This document shows, one piece after another, positions 1-11,470 of a stretch of DNA of 64,000 nt. A model generated the notes under the pieces. The model ran no database searches and was not told the origin of the DNA. It saw nothing but the letters and a program-made list of their open reading frames with translations. Positions within the stretch are counted from its first letter, which is position 1; the number at the start of each line of letters is the position of its first letter. This stretch comes from Felis catus (Eukaryota). The stretch lies in contig NC_058368.1 of NCBI RefSeq assembly GCF_018350175.1, positions 159,094,001 through 159,158,000 on the forward strand. Reading direction: 5' to 3'. A program made the position numbers and the translations under genes.

Positions 1-619
1 AGCCATTATTTTATTTTAATTAGGACTTTGGGACTTGCACATCATCAGAGGAAATCATTCTTACCTTGTAGAGATACAGAAGATTTTTCAATTAAAATTA
101 TATCAATTTTAGTACCAAAGAAACATAACCATGCTTAATTAACAAATAGAGGTTTAAAGTGAAACTACAGTTTTCTCTATTCTAGTAAATGTTAACTTGA
201 ATAACTTTTTATGGTTTTCTGTGGAAGCTCTTCCTTGTGGGATTTAAATAAGGAAAAATACTGTGTTTTCCTTGATATTACCTTAAAATGGTTGACCTGA
301 CTATGGTTAATGAAACCTATTTGAATTTCAAGGGCATACTCTGACTTTTGTAAGTCATAGGACTGGTTCTTTGTGTACTAGTCAAATAGGAGGAGTTTAG
401 ATGTGCTATGCAGAGACTTTTTTCTCTAACCTTAATCTTTTCTTCTCTTTTCCAACTTCCTCTGAAGGTATTGTGGCCACATGGTTTTTCTCTGTCTTCC
501 CCCTGTCTACACCTGCTCTCAGAAAATCACTGACAAGAAGACATGATTAATATGCATTATAACTGTTCCTTCCAATGGTAGATATGTTTTAGTCTGTATT
601 CTGGATCATAATCTAATAT

Positions 620-1115
620 CAGAGGTCCCTAACTGATGGCTCCTGCCATCATCTGGCCTCCAGATGTGTTTTTAAAACATTTTGAACTAGTTGCTAAAAT
701 TTAGAAATAAAGAGATTTCACAAGAACCTCCAGATTTCTGGTAGCTCTTGAGATATTTGAAGCAATCCTAGGCCCACCTTCCTGGATAGCAACAATAGGC
801 TAAGGTTAGAGTTGTCAGATAAAACGCAGGATTGCCCAATTAAATTAGAATTTTCAGTAAACAATAAATAATGTTTTAATATGTGTGTGTCTCATGCAAT
901 ATTGAAGACATACTAAATAAATACCTGAAATTTAAATTTAACTGGGCATCCTGTATTTTTGTTTGCTAAATCTGAAAAGCCTATATGAAGGTGAGCAATG
1001 ATTTTTCACCTTAAAGGGGGACATTTTGCTATAGACTCACTCCAGACCCACTAAGCCCTCTTCCTACCTTCATTTGGCCCATATCACTGATAAGCCTTTG
1101 AGATTTTCATTACTG
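620..1115. mobile_element. MER102-like hAT-Charlie DNA transposon, split by a MER53 insertion
   Basis: Starts cagaggtccctaactg and contains ttgaactagttgctaaaatttagaaataaagagatttcac...cagatttctgg. Resumes after 983 and ends ...tttgagattttcattactg, colinear with the recalled MER102 consensus. Confidence 0.7.
807..983. mobile_element. MER53 hAT MITE
   Basis: Ends tagagttgtcagataaaacgcagg and cctgtatttttgtttgctaaatctgaaaagccta. The quasi-palindromic body (aattaaattagaatttt / aaatttaaatttaactgggc) is typical of MER53. Confidence 0.85.
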
Positions 1116-1355
1116 ACCTAAACTAAAGAACTTAGTTTATAATAGTATTTCAGTCTTCAGGGCTACAAACTCATTATTTTAGCCAAAATTATCCCACAAA
1201 AATATCTGTCAGATGTGAGGATCCCTGTGCCTTGGGCTTTTACCTATCCTTTCAAATGTCTTAGGGCTTGCCACGAGACTGGGACCTCAGCCTCTATCTA
1301 TGCTGACCCTATTCTAGGGTCTTTTCAATCTTTTCAGTGATTATCCTGCCAGGAT

Positions 1356-1392
1356 AAAAAAAAAAAAACAAAAAAAAACAAAAAAAAAAAAC
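1356..1392. repeat. A-rich (A9-12C)n simple repeat
   Basis: Directly visible. Confidence 0.9.
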
Positions 1393-1529
1393 AGAGTTCC
1401 TGGTTTTAGACCAATGAGAAGCCTTTAAATCTTGAAGGCTTTCCTTTTAAACCAGTAATTATGCCTCTGTGAATAGATTATAAAGCTTGAATCGAGGAGG
1501 GAAAAATGCCAGGGGAAAAAGTATTTATG

Positions 1530-1905
1530 CTATTAATATTCATAATTGCTAAAATTGGGAGCCAATCATAGTGTTTAGCAATGGGAGAAAGAGTAAAATT
1601 GTAGTACATATCCCTAGTGGGCTAACTTACCCTATTAGTCTTGTTTGGGAAGTGTTTACAGTCATTTGGAAAATTACAGGGTTAAGTCAAAAGAAATCCC
1701 AATATAAAGTACAATAGAGAATGTTACCATGATATGTAAAGAACCATATACGCAGAATAAGGAATAAATGCATAGAAATAAATCAAAATGATATTTCTGG
1801 TCATGTGTGGTTGCTAGAATTACAGGGAATGTTTCCTCTATTTTTTCTGTACTTTTTTTTTTTTCTAATTTTTCTATAATGAGTATGGTATTTATTTCTG
1901 CAACC
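1530..1905 (+). mobile_element. Old L1 (L1ME-like) 3' end, degraded
   Basis: ttcataattgctaaaattgggagccaa...gcaatgggaga and the terminal ttttctataatgagtatggtatttatttct resemble an L1ME 3' UTR. Confidence 0.55.
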
Positions 1906-1961
1906 ATATTTTGGATTTCTAGGGTTTGTTTTTTTGTTTGTTTGTTTGTGTTTTATTTTTT

Positions 1962-2165
1962 TTTCAACGTTTATTTTTTTGGGACAGAGAGAGACAGAGC
2001 ATGAACGGGGGAGGGGCAGAGAGAGAGGGAGACACAGAATCGGAAACAGGCTCCAGGCTCTGAGCCATGAGCCCAGAGCCCGACGCGGGGCTCGAACTCA
2101 CGGACCGCGAGATCGTGACCTGGCTGAAGTCGGACGCTTAACCGACTGCGCCACCCAGGCGCCCC
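1962..2165 (-). mobile_element. Young SINEC_Fc (felid Can-SINE)
   Basis: Near-consensus with CpGs intact. 15-bp TSD tgtgttttatttttt at 1947-1961 and 2166-2180. Confidence 0.97.
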
Positions 2166-2349
2166 TGTGTTTTATTTTTTAAATTTATAGTTAGGTCCTA
2201 AAATTGGTTCTTTTTGTCTCAATTTTGTCTGAGGTTTGATGACTAGATATCAGAAGCCATGGTGAATTATAAGGTAGACTACCATGAAGGTTTTGCAAAA
2301 AAGTAGGTGGCCAGCAATTTGTTAGGTAATTCTTAAATCTCCTACATAC

Positions 2350-3075
2350 TTTGTGGGTATACAGACTTGAGAAGAGTTTAGGAAAGAGTTGGAGGAGAGG
2401 GTATTTTAAAAAAAACTCCCTTTTCCCACGCTGGGAGTATATTAGCAGTTATCCTGGTCCTTCTGCAAGGGGACCCTTTTTATGGAATATATTGGCTGTG
2501 GGTATAAGGCAATACCCAAATAGTTTATTGATTGTTACAGGCATAATGTAAGCTGACTTTAATTCAAGAGAAACCAAAATATACTCCCCCCCCCCCACCC
2601 TGCTTTAAAATGAGGGCATATGGAGGCCAAGTAATAATGAAATCTTGATGCCAGCTTATTTCAGAGAGATCTAATGGGTCTATGGACTAATCTCCAAGTC
2701 ATTTCCTTGAACTTTGAGTGCAAAATTGGAATGGTTGAAATTTGCAGTCAGCATAACATTCATATTGGTTCTATGACTGTGGAAAGGAGTTATGGTAGGA
2801 AAGTAAAAGTAGAAGCCCTGGAAAGTAATTCTACCCTGTAGAATCTGTAGGTCTGTAAAAAGTGTTTTTTTCCCCCAATCTTACCAGGAAAAATAATTAA
2901 AAGCAGTTTGCATTCATTTAGAATAGATAGCTGCATTCATTCATGATCTTGTCCCAGAGCTGTTAACTATCCTGCTCTGCCACAGTGTAGTCCAGGAGGA
3001 TAATAATAATCTGAGCTTTCTATAGACATACTTGTCCATTCTGTTTATGACATGGTGTTAATCAGCCCTCATAAT
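2350..3075 (+). mobile_element. ERVL internal fragment (degenerate protease and RT)
   Basis: Translatable remnants LL..*.KLTLIQEKPK, AYGGQVI (2616-2636), ECKIG, HIGSMT, VMVGK*K*KP, KQFAF (2901-2915) and LVHSVYDMVLI (3031-3063) match ERVL pro/RT (LLDTGSELTLIPGDPK, AYGGQVI, QKQFAF, LVHYIDDIMLI) in order. Confidence 0.8.
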
Positions 3076-3190
3076 AGTTTTTAAATTTGTTTTCTCTTAC
3101 CCAACCGTATTACCACTCTCTTTGTTCAATCCTTTGTTATAGATGCTAATCACTTAGCTAATCCCTCAAACTCTAGTCTTTGCCTTACCC

Positions 3191-3262
3191 CAGTGGTTTT
3201 CAACAATGTCCCCTGGGAGGACTTTTGGACATGTTTGGAGACATTTTAAACTACTAGTATCT
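3191..3262. mobile_element. MER20-like hAT fragment
   Basis: cagtggttttcaac...ggacatgtttggagacatttt...ctactagtatct. Confidence 0.5.
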
Positions 3263-5030
3263 CAACTGAATTCATAGCATCCTTTTATTACATGAACTCA
3301 TCCCTATCAAATTTTTCTTTCTACATACTAGTTTTCCACGAACACGCACAGTATAGGATGCATTTTGATAATATTTTGCTGGAACTCATTTGCCCCAAAT
3401 CCTGAGCTATCTGCCTATTGGCACAATATATTTGCAAAGGAGTTACACAGAGAACAAGGCAAGCCTCTGCATATTCTTGGATGCCAATTGGGTCTTTGCC
3501 TTCCAAGTTCTTACTTGGATTAAACCATATGGAACATTGCCCATCCTTGTTCTTCAAGCATACCCCTGTGTCCTGGAGCATGAAGTGCTTATGGTAGATG
3601 CCTTGGACAGGGATTGAGGAGCTCTAGGTTCCTGTTTTACCCCTTAGCATTTACATTATTTCTAACAATTTTGCTCTTAATACAATAGAGACATGACATA
3701 TTTAATGTAAAAAGTGATTGTAGACAAATGATGATCAGAGTTATTTTACCAAGATTTTATTTATTCATTTTTTTATTTATCTTTCAAGTTGATGTGTTCA
3801 TTGTCTGCCATTATTTAAGAATTGCAAAATTGTACATTAATTCCCTCTCCTAAGTGTCCCATTAATTCAAAGTGCCATGCAAGCATTGTGAAAGTTTTAA
3901 ATTGCTTTTAGTTTTTAATTTTGAGTTTGATTTGGCAAAAACTAAGAAGAAAATGGAAGTTGATAGACTCTTAAATTAATATGTCCCCTGTGGGTATGCA
4001 GTTAACTCAGATGCACAAAAACAATTATAGAAATGATGCAGATTGTATTCTTTATGATTTGGTAGTGCTATAGTTGATATAATGAGAGTTGCACATTACT
4101 CTTTTCTCAGCATTTTACTTTTCTTAAAAGTTGACCTAAACTGATGCTGGTGAGTGATACCATATGGGGTGAGTTTATTCACATTTTATTTCAACCATGA
4201 AACAGCTTCAGCCAGCTGTGCATTGTGTACCTTTTAAATTTATGTCCTCTGCCCTTCAGCCAATGAGAATGACATTATTCAATGAAATATGAGCTAACAT
4301 GCATTCCAGGTCCAGATTTTGTTTCTATTTAATGGTTCAGTATAGATCATGACTTTGAGGAACTGGACCAAGATTTTTAAAAAAGGAAAATTACAATAAA
4401 AATGTGTGCAGATATATTTCTTTTCAAAGAACAGAACTTTTGCTGTGCTCTCAATAAGATAAAACAGCCACAAATGACAGGACAAAATTTAATTGTGTTG
4501 CCATTTGATACAGATGTTCAATTTCCTATTGAGAAGACTCCACTGTATATAATATGGAAGATAAATTGGATTAAGAGAGACAACATAATTGCCAAAAATT
4601 AAAAGAAAAGTTTTATTTCCATTATCAAACCTAAATATTTCTGGAAACTTGTATCAAACATTTGGGCCTTCTTAGTTCAAAGCTGAGTTGAAATGATACT
4701 GCTATGCTTTTGGAAGTAGCCAAATTAAATTCTTTACTTAATTTTCATCACATCATTCACTCATGCAAGTACATTCATATAATATTGGTTTGTCAATTCT
4801 CCTTAAGGCAATAGCAAGAACAATATACCTACTTAGGTATCTCTGAGAAATCCAACAAATTCCATAGTAACATAACACATAATACTTGCCAGATTCTGGT
4901 TTTCATACTTAATAACTGTGAGGTCAGGAACTAATCTGAAAACAGGTTAAGAGGTTTAAGGCTATATCCACAGTTAAGAATTTTTATCCAGCTCAGTTCA
5001 GTTGCATTCTTTCATTATTTATCTGAACAT

Positions 5031-5160
5031 TTTTATTATGGTAAAATATACATAACATGAATTTACTCTTTTAACCATTTTTAAGAATACAATTCTTTGG
5101 CATTATATATATTTACATTGTTCTCCAACCATCACCACCATTCTTTTCCAGAACTTTTCA
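5031..5160 (-). mobile_element. L1MB-like 3' terminal fragment
   Basis: ggtaaaatatacataacatgaatttactcttttaaccatttttaag...aaccatcaccacc...ccagaacttttca. Confidence 0.8.
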
Positions 5161-5216
5161 AAATAGGAGATACCTCTCCTACCTTGTCTTTCTTACCTTG
5201 ATCATTCATTCATTCA

Positions 5217-5396
5217 TTTAAAAAAATAATGTATTTATTTTTTAGAGAGAGAAAAAGAGACAGAGTGTGAGTGGGGCGGGGGAAGAGAGAGTAAGGGAGA
5301 CCCAGAATCTGAAGCCGGTGCTCAAACTCAGGGGCCGTGAGATCATGACCTGGACCAAATTTGGGCGCTCAACTGACTGAGCCACCCAGGTGCCCC
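5217..5396 (-). mobile_element. Can-SINE with an internal ~35-bp deletion
   Basis: SINE head revcomp ...actgagccacccaggtgcccc, GA-rich region and T tail, with a degenerate cattca TSD. Confidence 0.9.
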
Positions 5397-5399
5397 CAT

Positions 5400-6190
5400 T
5401 CATACATTCTTGATGCTATATTGAATCAAATTAGAGTCCCTGGGCTTGAAGAAATTTATTTTTCTGGAAGTGATTCACAACAATTAATAATTACACAAAT
5501 AATGCCTAGGTGCTTATTTGTAAAACTGTATAAGATCCTAGATATGCAAGTTTGGTAGATAGATATTAATCACAGTAACCATATAAATAATTGTGAACTT
5601 CAGACTGAGATAAGTACTGTGAAAGAAGAAGAGGTACATACCCTGAGGCTGTGAGACTATAAAATAAGGGGATTTGATTTGATTTAGTATGGAGATAGGC
5701 ATGGCTTCTCTGTTGAAGTAACTTTTGGGCTGAGAGCTAAAGGAGAAGCATGTGAGGCAGGAGGGTGTGAGTCGAAAGATCCTTAAAAAGGAGTTGCTTG
5801 TGCAAAGGTACAAAGGAAGGAAATGAGAACATTCTAAGGACCTGAGAAAGTCATTGTGGCTAGAGGCCAGAGAGGGAGCTTTCTGTGCGAGGAGCATTTG
5901 GGGGTCAGACCACAGGTTGTCATGAGATTCATGTTAAAGAGTTAGTCCTTAAGGCAAAGGGAAGCCATTGAAGTATTTTAAGCAAGACTAATATAATCAG
6001 ATTTGCATTTCAAAAAAGGACATAGGTTGCTTGTGTAAAACAGAAGACCAGAAAGGCAGTCCAGGTAGGTGTTGGAAGACCAGTTAGCGGCCTCTTGAAG
6101 AAACTCAAGTGAGCTTAATGGTGGTTTGGATTCTGGTATTTGCAGAGAAATTGGAAAGAAGTAGAAAGCAAAGAATTAATTACTGGGAGA
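5400..6190 (-). mobile_element. L2 LINE 3' region
   Basis: Purine-rich L2 signatures tgtgcaaagg, gggaagccattgaagtattttaagca, tcagatttgcatttcaaaaa and ggaagaccagttag. The cattcattcattca terminus is near 5203. Confidence 0.8.
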
Positions 6191-6569
6191 TAATGATATG
6201 TCCACTGAATACGTTAGTGTTTATACTGTCCATTCGAGGTCTTTCAGGAACAGGAAATATGGCTTCCTAACTTTATAATATTCAGAATACTTACATTTAG
6301 GAATTCAATAGATGACTCTGATCATAAAACCATAGGCATGTAAACATGCTGAAAAGTTGTTCGACTTTGTTGCCTTTCATTAGGATTGGAAAATCTAGTT
6401 TCTACTAACAGTACTTTTATTCTTCTAGTCATCTAGATAAGGGGGTTTTGTATTAGCTTTGGACTCCTCATTAAAATGTCCTGCAATCTAATCAGCATGG
6501 GAAAACCCACTGGTATTTTCATATCTTCCCCTATAATTTGGTTTTAAGGTTTTGGATGTTCTTCATCCA

Positions 6570-7066
6570 ATAGCTTCTGCATTAGCTTGTTTGCAACATG
6601 AGAGTGGTTTAATCAAATAAAAGTTCATCGGTTTTTAATTATATAACAAGAATCCTAGCAGTCACATGATTGCTGATTTTATTAATTTTATGTGACTTTG
6701 TATAAATACCCTAGTCTGATCAATTTTCAAGGGTGTCCAAATTAAGCTTTCTATTTTTCTCTTGGCCTTTTTCATATAAGGCCACAGCATACCTGCCATT
6801 ATGTCTCATTCCTGGCAAAAAGGTGAAAGAAGTATCAAAAAGAAAAGACAGTGACAGTTGTTATCAGGAGAGCTGAGAATTTTCCAGATTTGTTAAGAGA
6901 ATTCTTCTTTTGTCTCATTGGCCAGGATTGCCACAAGATTTCTCCTACATAAAAAGGAGCCTTGGGAGTTATGTTTTTTCAGTTCACCATCCTCTGAAGT
7001 TAAGGAAAGCTAAGGAAAAGGGATTGGAATGGGTGCTAAGACATTCGCACTACAATATCTACCATA
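6570..7066 (-). mobile_element. Old MaLR LTR (MLT1J/K/L-like)
   Basis: agtggtttaatcaaataaaagtt...ataacaagaa, gtctcattggccagga, and the end ggaatgggtg...caatatctaccata. Confidence 0.6.
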
Positions 7067-7114
7067 ATTTCCTAAATAGTACTTTTTTTCTGATTCTTTG
7101 TCCTCTTTCCTACC

Positions 7115-7630
7115 CGACTACACTTCTCAATACAATGCCAAATCTTATCAAATTTATATTCATAAGGCATCATTTTGATCATATAAATTCCCATTTACCA
7201 CAGGAAAATATTGTGCTTCCTAACTTAGCACTCAAAGATCTTTATAGCTTGGTCCAAACTACTTACTAAATTTTATCTCCAGTTATTCTCATATATAAAT
7301 GCTCTATTCTAAGCAATATCTGGTATGTTACTCTGTAATGTCCTGTGTTTTCCTAATTTAATTCTGCTTTACATGGTCTTTACCTTACAGAGAATTCCTT
7401 CTTCTCTCCTTTTATATGTTTACTTAACACACAAGTTCCATTTTAAAGTTTGTAAGACTTTCTTCTCCTCTGTCATCAGTAGTTATCCCTGCCTTTTAAT
7501 TCTTATATGTATTTATTTATTTTCCTTGTATTGACACCTGGGTTTTATTAATTATTTTATGCAGTATACCAGTTAAACTACAGTTTTTTGAGGGCATGGT
7601 CTATACCTTTTGCCTTTTCTTATAGTCTTA
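7115..7630 (+). mobile_element. L2 fragment, highly degraded
   Basis: tttgatcatat...cttagcactcaaagatctttatagcttggtccaaactac...ttgagggcatgg. Confidence 0.55.
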
Positions 7631-7665
7631 TATTAATTGTTATATTATGCTATATTATTTTAATT

Positions 7666-7720
7666 ATATATTATATTATATTATATTATATTATATTATA
7701 TTATATTATATTATATTATA
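7666..7720. repeat. (TATTA)n microsatellite
   Basis: Directly visible. Confidence 0.95.
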
Positions 7721-9133
7721 GCAGAACACATGTCTGTGGGTTGATAGACCATGTTGAAACAATATCAGACAGGAAAATTATTTTTATTTAAAATTTTTCC
7801 AGTAGTGCATTGGAGTTTACCTCTACTGTCAAGAAATCTCTTTAGGTTTGACCAATTTTCTTCTTATGTGCCCCCAAATCAATATTAATAGTTATACTAT
7901 GCTAGGTCATTTTAATATTAATTTACAACTACAAATATTATCCCTTCCAAGATCTGATTGACTGCATACATGATTAGCATTTCATAATTATATTGAATTT
8001 TCTTCCTCATATAGCCTTATTTCCTTAATCATTTGCACATTTGATAACAGTATTGACTTATTACATATAAAAGCTTCACAAAACAGAATTCACCTCATGA
8101 CCTTTTCTTATTGTGATTTAATGGCTTGTATGGTATTAAACTGATATAATTATGTTGGAAAATAGCAGAGACAGACAAATCATATGATCTCATAATGTAT
8201 ACAGTGATCTGGGAGCTGCGAATACATTTTAAAATTTATTTATATATTTGGGAATACCTTCCCAAGGCTCCATTACAATGCATTGAAAATATTTCAGTGA
8301 AAATATCTGTAGTGTTTCAGAATAATAAGAGCATTTACAACTGGAGATTTTCAGACTGCACAAATTTAATTAGGCTAGGCAAGAGGCAACTGGATGAAAA
8401 AAAGAGTTCACATATTCATTTTCCACTTGCCAGCTTCATTTCAAATGCACCTGTTTTCTGGATCAATTATAGCTGTCTGGAAATAAATAAAAAGAAAGTA
8501 TTTCTGTAACATCACAATGTGATGAATTGCATCAGGGACTAGCACAGTCGGAGTTGTATCAGAAAGATACCTAATTGGTGAAAGGAGTTATCTTCAAACA
8601 GGCTTTTTCTGAAATAATTTTCTTAACACTGATATGTTAACCTCTACTCAGCAAACAAAACATTTTTGGTCTTGCATTGAAAATACGGCATTTTCAATCT
8701 AAATGCTTGTAACATATACAACCCAAATAATCTTTTTGATTTTTATATTTTATTAGGATTGGCAATTAAGTTTGTTTCATTGGCACACCAATTTCTGTGA
8801 CTTATACAAAGGCTGCAGGATGTAGTTAATAAAATTCAGAATAAGATAACTAGGTGTGAATTTCATATGCATTACTCAGTGTGGACTGATAAATCTCTCT
8901 GAATTTTAATTTACTTATTTATAATTACAGTGTGGCTATGACATTAAACAAAAATATCTGTTTATAAATAGAAGAGTAATCTAATAATTTATGTTAAAAA
9001 TGTTAGAACTCTTTTTCTTTAGCAGCTCATGTTTTCAGTTCATTAAATAACTTCCTAGTTGTCACCTCAGTGGCCCACATGGCCCAGTTTTAGCATCATT
9101 TAAAAAGAAGTACATAAAAAAAATATATATGCA

Positions 9134-9340
9134 GGGGCGCGTGGGTGGCTCAGTCGGTTAAACATCCGACTTCGACTCAGGTCGTAAACTCACATTTCCT
9201 AGTTTGAGCCTTGCATAGGGGTCTGTGCTGACAGCCCAGAGCCCGGACCCTGCTTCAGATTCTGCGTGTGCCTCTCTCCTGCTCACACTCTCTCTTTTTC
9301 TCAAAAATAAATAAATATTTAAAAAATTTAAAAAAAATAA
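9134..9340 (+). mobile_element. Can-SINE
   Basis: ggggcgcgtgggtggctcagtcggttaa head, CT region and A tail. Confidence 0.95.
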
Positions 9341-10074
9341 ATGCATTGTGATAAAAATTTAAACTTGTATCTCTCAAATAATCTGAATTTTAATCAAATT
9401 GTTTCACAATAATACTTCTAAAAACCATTCTTTTTCCTCTCCTTGGTTACAGTGTGTTGGTTCAGATAAGCCTCTTATTTTCAAAATCTTTCACTCTTTC
9501 TCTCCAAAAAAAAAAAAATGGCTTGAACTTCAATTCATGAAGATTGTTGTGTCTTGATTTTCCTTCTGCCTCTTTTTTTTTATTTTAATTTTTTATTTGA
9601 GTATAGTTGACACACACATTACATTAGTTTCAGGAATACAGTGTAGTAATTCAACAAATTTATGCATTATACTATGCTTGCCACAAGTGTAGCTACCATC
9701 TGGCACTGTACAATACTATTATAATATTGTTAACTATATTCCTTATGCTGTGCCTTTTATTCCCATGACTTACTCATTTCACAACTGGAAACCTGTATCT
9801 CCCGTTCCTTTTTTACTCATTTTGCCCCAGCCCTCAATCTCTCCCCTCTGGCAACCTTCAGTTTATTCTCTGTATTAGAGGTCTGACTCTGCTTTTTGTG
9901 TTTATTCGTATGTTTTGTTTTGTTTTTAGATTCCATATATGAATGAAATCACATGGCTTTTGTCTTTCTCAGCTTATTTTACTTAGCTTATTACTCTCTA
10001 GTTCATCCCATGTTTTTGCAAATGGCAGGATATCATCTTTTTTTAGGGCTGCATAACATTCCATTGTAGGTGTA

Positions 10075-10292
10075 GGGTCGCCCGGGTGGCTCAGTCATTT
10101 AAGCCTCCCACTTTGGCTCAGGTCATAATCTCATGGTGTGTGGTTTCGAGCTCTGCATTGGGCTCTGTGCTGACATCTCAGAGCCTGGAGCCTACTTTGG
10201 ATTCTGCGTCTCCTTCTCTCCCTGTTTCCCCCCCACCCCCACTCATGCTCTGTCTCTCTCTCCTTCAAAAATAAACATTAAAAAAAATTAAA
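10075..10292 (+). mobile_element. Can-SINE (first of a tandem pair)
   Basis: SINE head and body. 5' TSD attccattgtaggtgta at 10058-10074. Confidence 0.95.
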
Positions 10293-10459
10293 GGGGTGCC
10301 TGGGTGGCTCAGCAGATTGAGCGTCCGACTTTGGCTCAGGTCATGATCTCACAGTTCGTAAGTTCAAGCCCCATGTTGGGCTCTGTGCTGACAGCTCAGA
10401 GCCTGGAGCCAGCTTCAGATTCTGTGTCTCCCTCTCTCTCTGCCGCTCCCCTGCTCACA

Positions 10460-10497
<38 letters not shown>

Positions 10498-10528
10498 AAT
10501 AAACATTAAAATTTTTTTAATTAAAAAA
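10293..10528 (+). mobile_element. Can-SINE (second of the pair, in the A tail of the first)
   Basis: ggggtgcctgggtggctcag head and long (CT)n, followed by attccattgtaagtgta at 10529-10545. Confidence 0.95.
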
Positions 10529-10901
10529 ATTCCATTGTAAGTGTATATGTGTATACATGTGTGTATGTGTATATATGTATATGGACGTATACATGCATAT
10601 ACTATATCTTCCTTATCCATTCATCTGTCAATGGACACTGAGATTGCTTCCATACCTGCCTTTCAGTCTTGTTTTTTCCCCACTCATTCAAGTCCCTACA
10701 TGAGATTTGGGAAAATTGGTGGTGAAAGTATATTTTCCTGAGTATTAGAGGAAGGTTGAGAGGGAAAGGAACAAAATCCAACACATGTTTTTTTCAGCCC
10801 TTGTAACAAGTGAATGGACTACAGAGTACGTATTTTAAAATTATTTTAAGCAACAAATTTCAGTCATGAGTGTCAACTTTGTCTTGTACCTCAAAATAGA
10901 C

Positions 10902-11113
10902 TTTTTAAAAAAATGTGTATTCATTTTTTAGAGACCAAGAGAGAGCATGAGTGGGGGAGGGGCAGAGAAAGAGAGGGAGACACGGAATCAGAAGTCGTCT
11001 CCAGGATCTGAGATACCAGCACGGAGACCAATATGGGGCTGAAACTCACGAACTGGGATATCATGACCGGAGCTGAAGTTGGATGTTCAATTGACTGAGC
11101 ACTCAGACACCTT
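10902..11113 (-). mobile_element. Can-SINE, diverged
   Basis: gagcatgagtgggggaggggcagag...aactcacgaac...actgagc, with degenerate TSD aaaatagactttt / aaaatacctttt. Confidence 0.9.
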
Positions 11114-11367
11114 GAAAAATACCTTTTTAAATGATGGTTTAGATTGTAATACTATTAATCCCACTTTCTAGAAGTTAAAATTTTGTTTGTGAGAGTTTTC
11201 ATCTCTACTTCATTGAGAAATCAAGGATATTTCCTCTATGTACATTTTATTCTTCGTATTATTTCCATCATTGTCATTCAAGAGTATGTTCTGTCCAAAT
11301 TTACTGTATTCATGAAAAGTATAGAAAATTTGCCTCTTATTTTTTATTTGGCAATTTGAAGTAGTGA

Positions 11368-11470
11368 CTCAGCTATCAACAATCACTTAATGAGCTCCAG
11401 ACATATGTTAGGGACTGAATCATTACCTGGAGATATAAAGTCAAACAAGACAGAACCTCTATCCTCAGGG
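11368..11470 (-). mobile_element. L2 3' end fragment
   Basis: tcaacaatcacttaatgagctcc...ggagatataaagtcaaacaagacag. Confidence 0.5.

Larger units (their letters stand above)
9572..10656 (-). mobile_element. Carnivore L1 3' end interrupted by two Can-SINEs
   Basis: T tail, then gagtatagttgacac...ttagtttcagg...ctggcaacc...ttagattccatatatgaatgaaatc...gcaaatggcagg. Resumes after 10545 with ccattcatctgtcaatggacac. Confidence 0.9.

Noticed and set aside
1934..2182. Recurring ORFs such as GQRETEHERGRGRERGRHRIGNRLQAL and MAQS...LAQVMIS (also near 10086, 29205, 29867, 42169, 49429, 52869, 59490 and 61100) that look like a gene family
   Set aside because: They are translations of Can-SINE sequence and coincide with TSD-flanked SINE copies.
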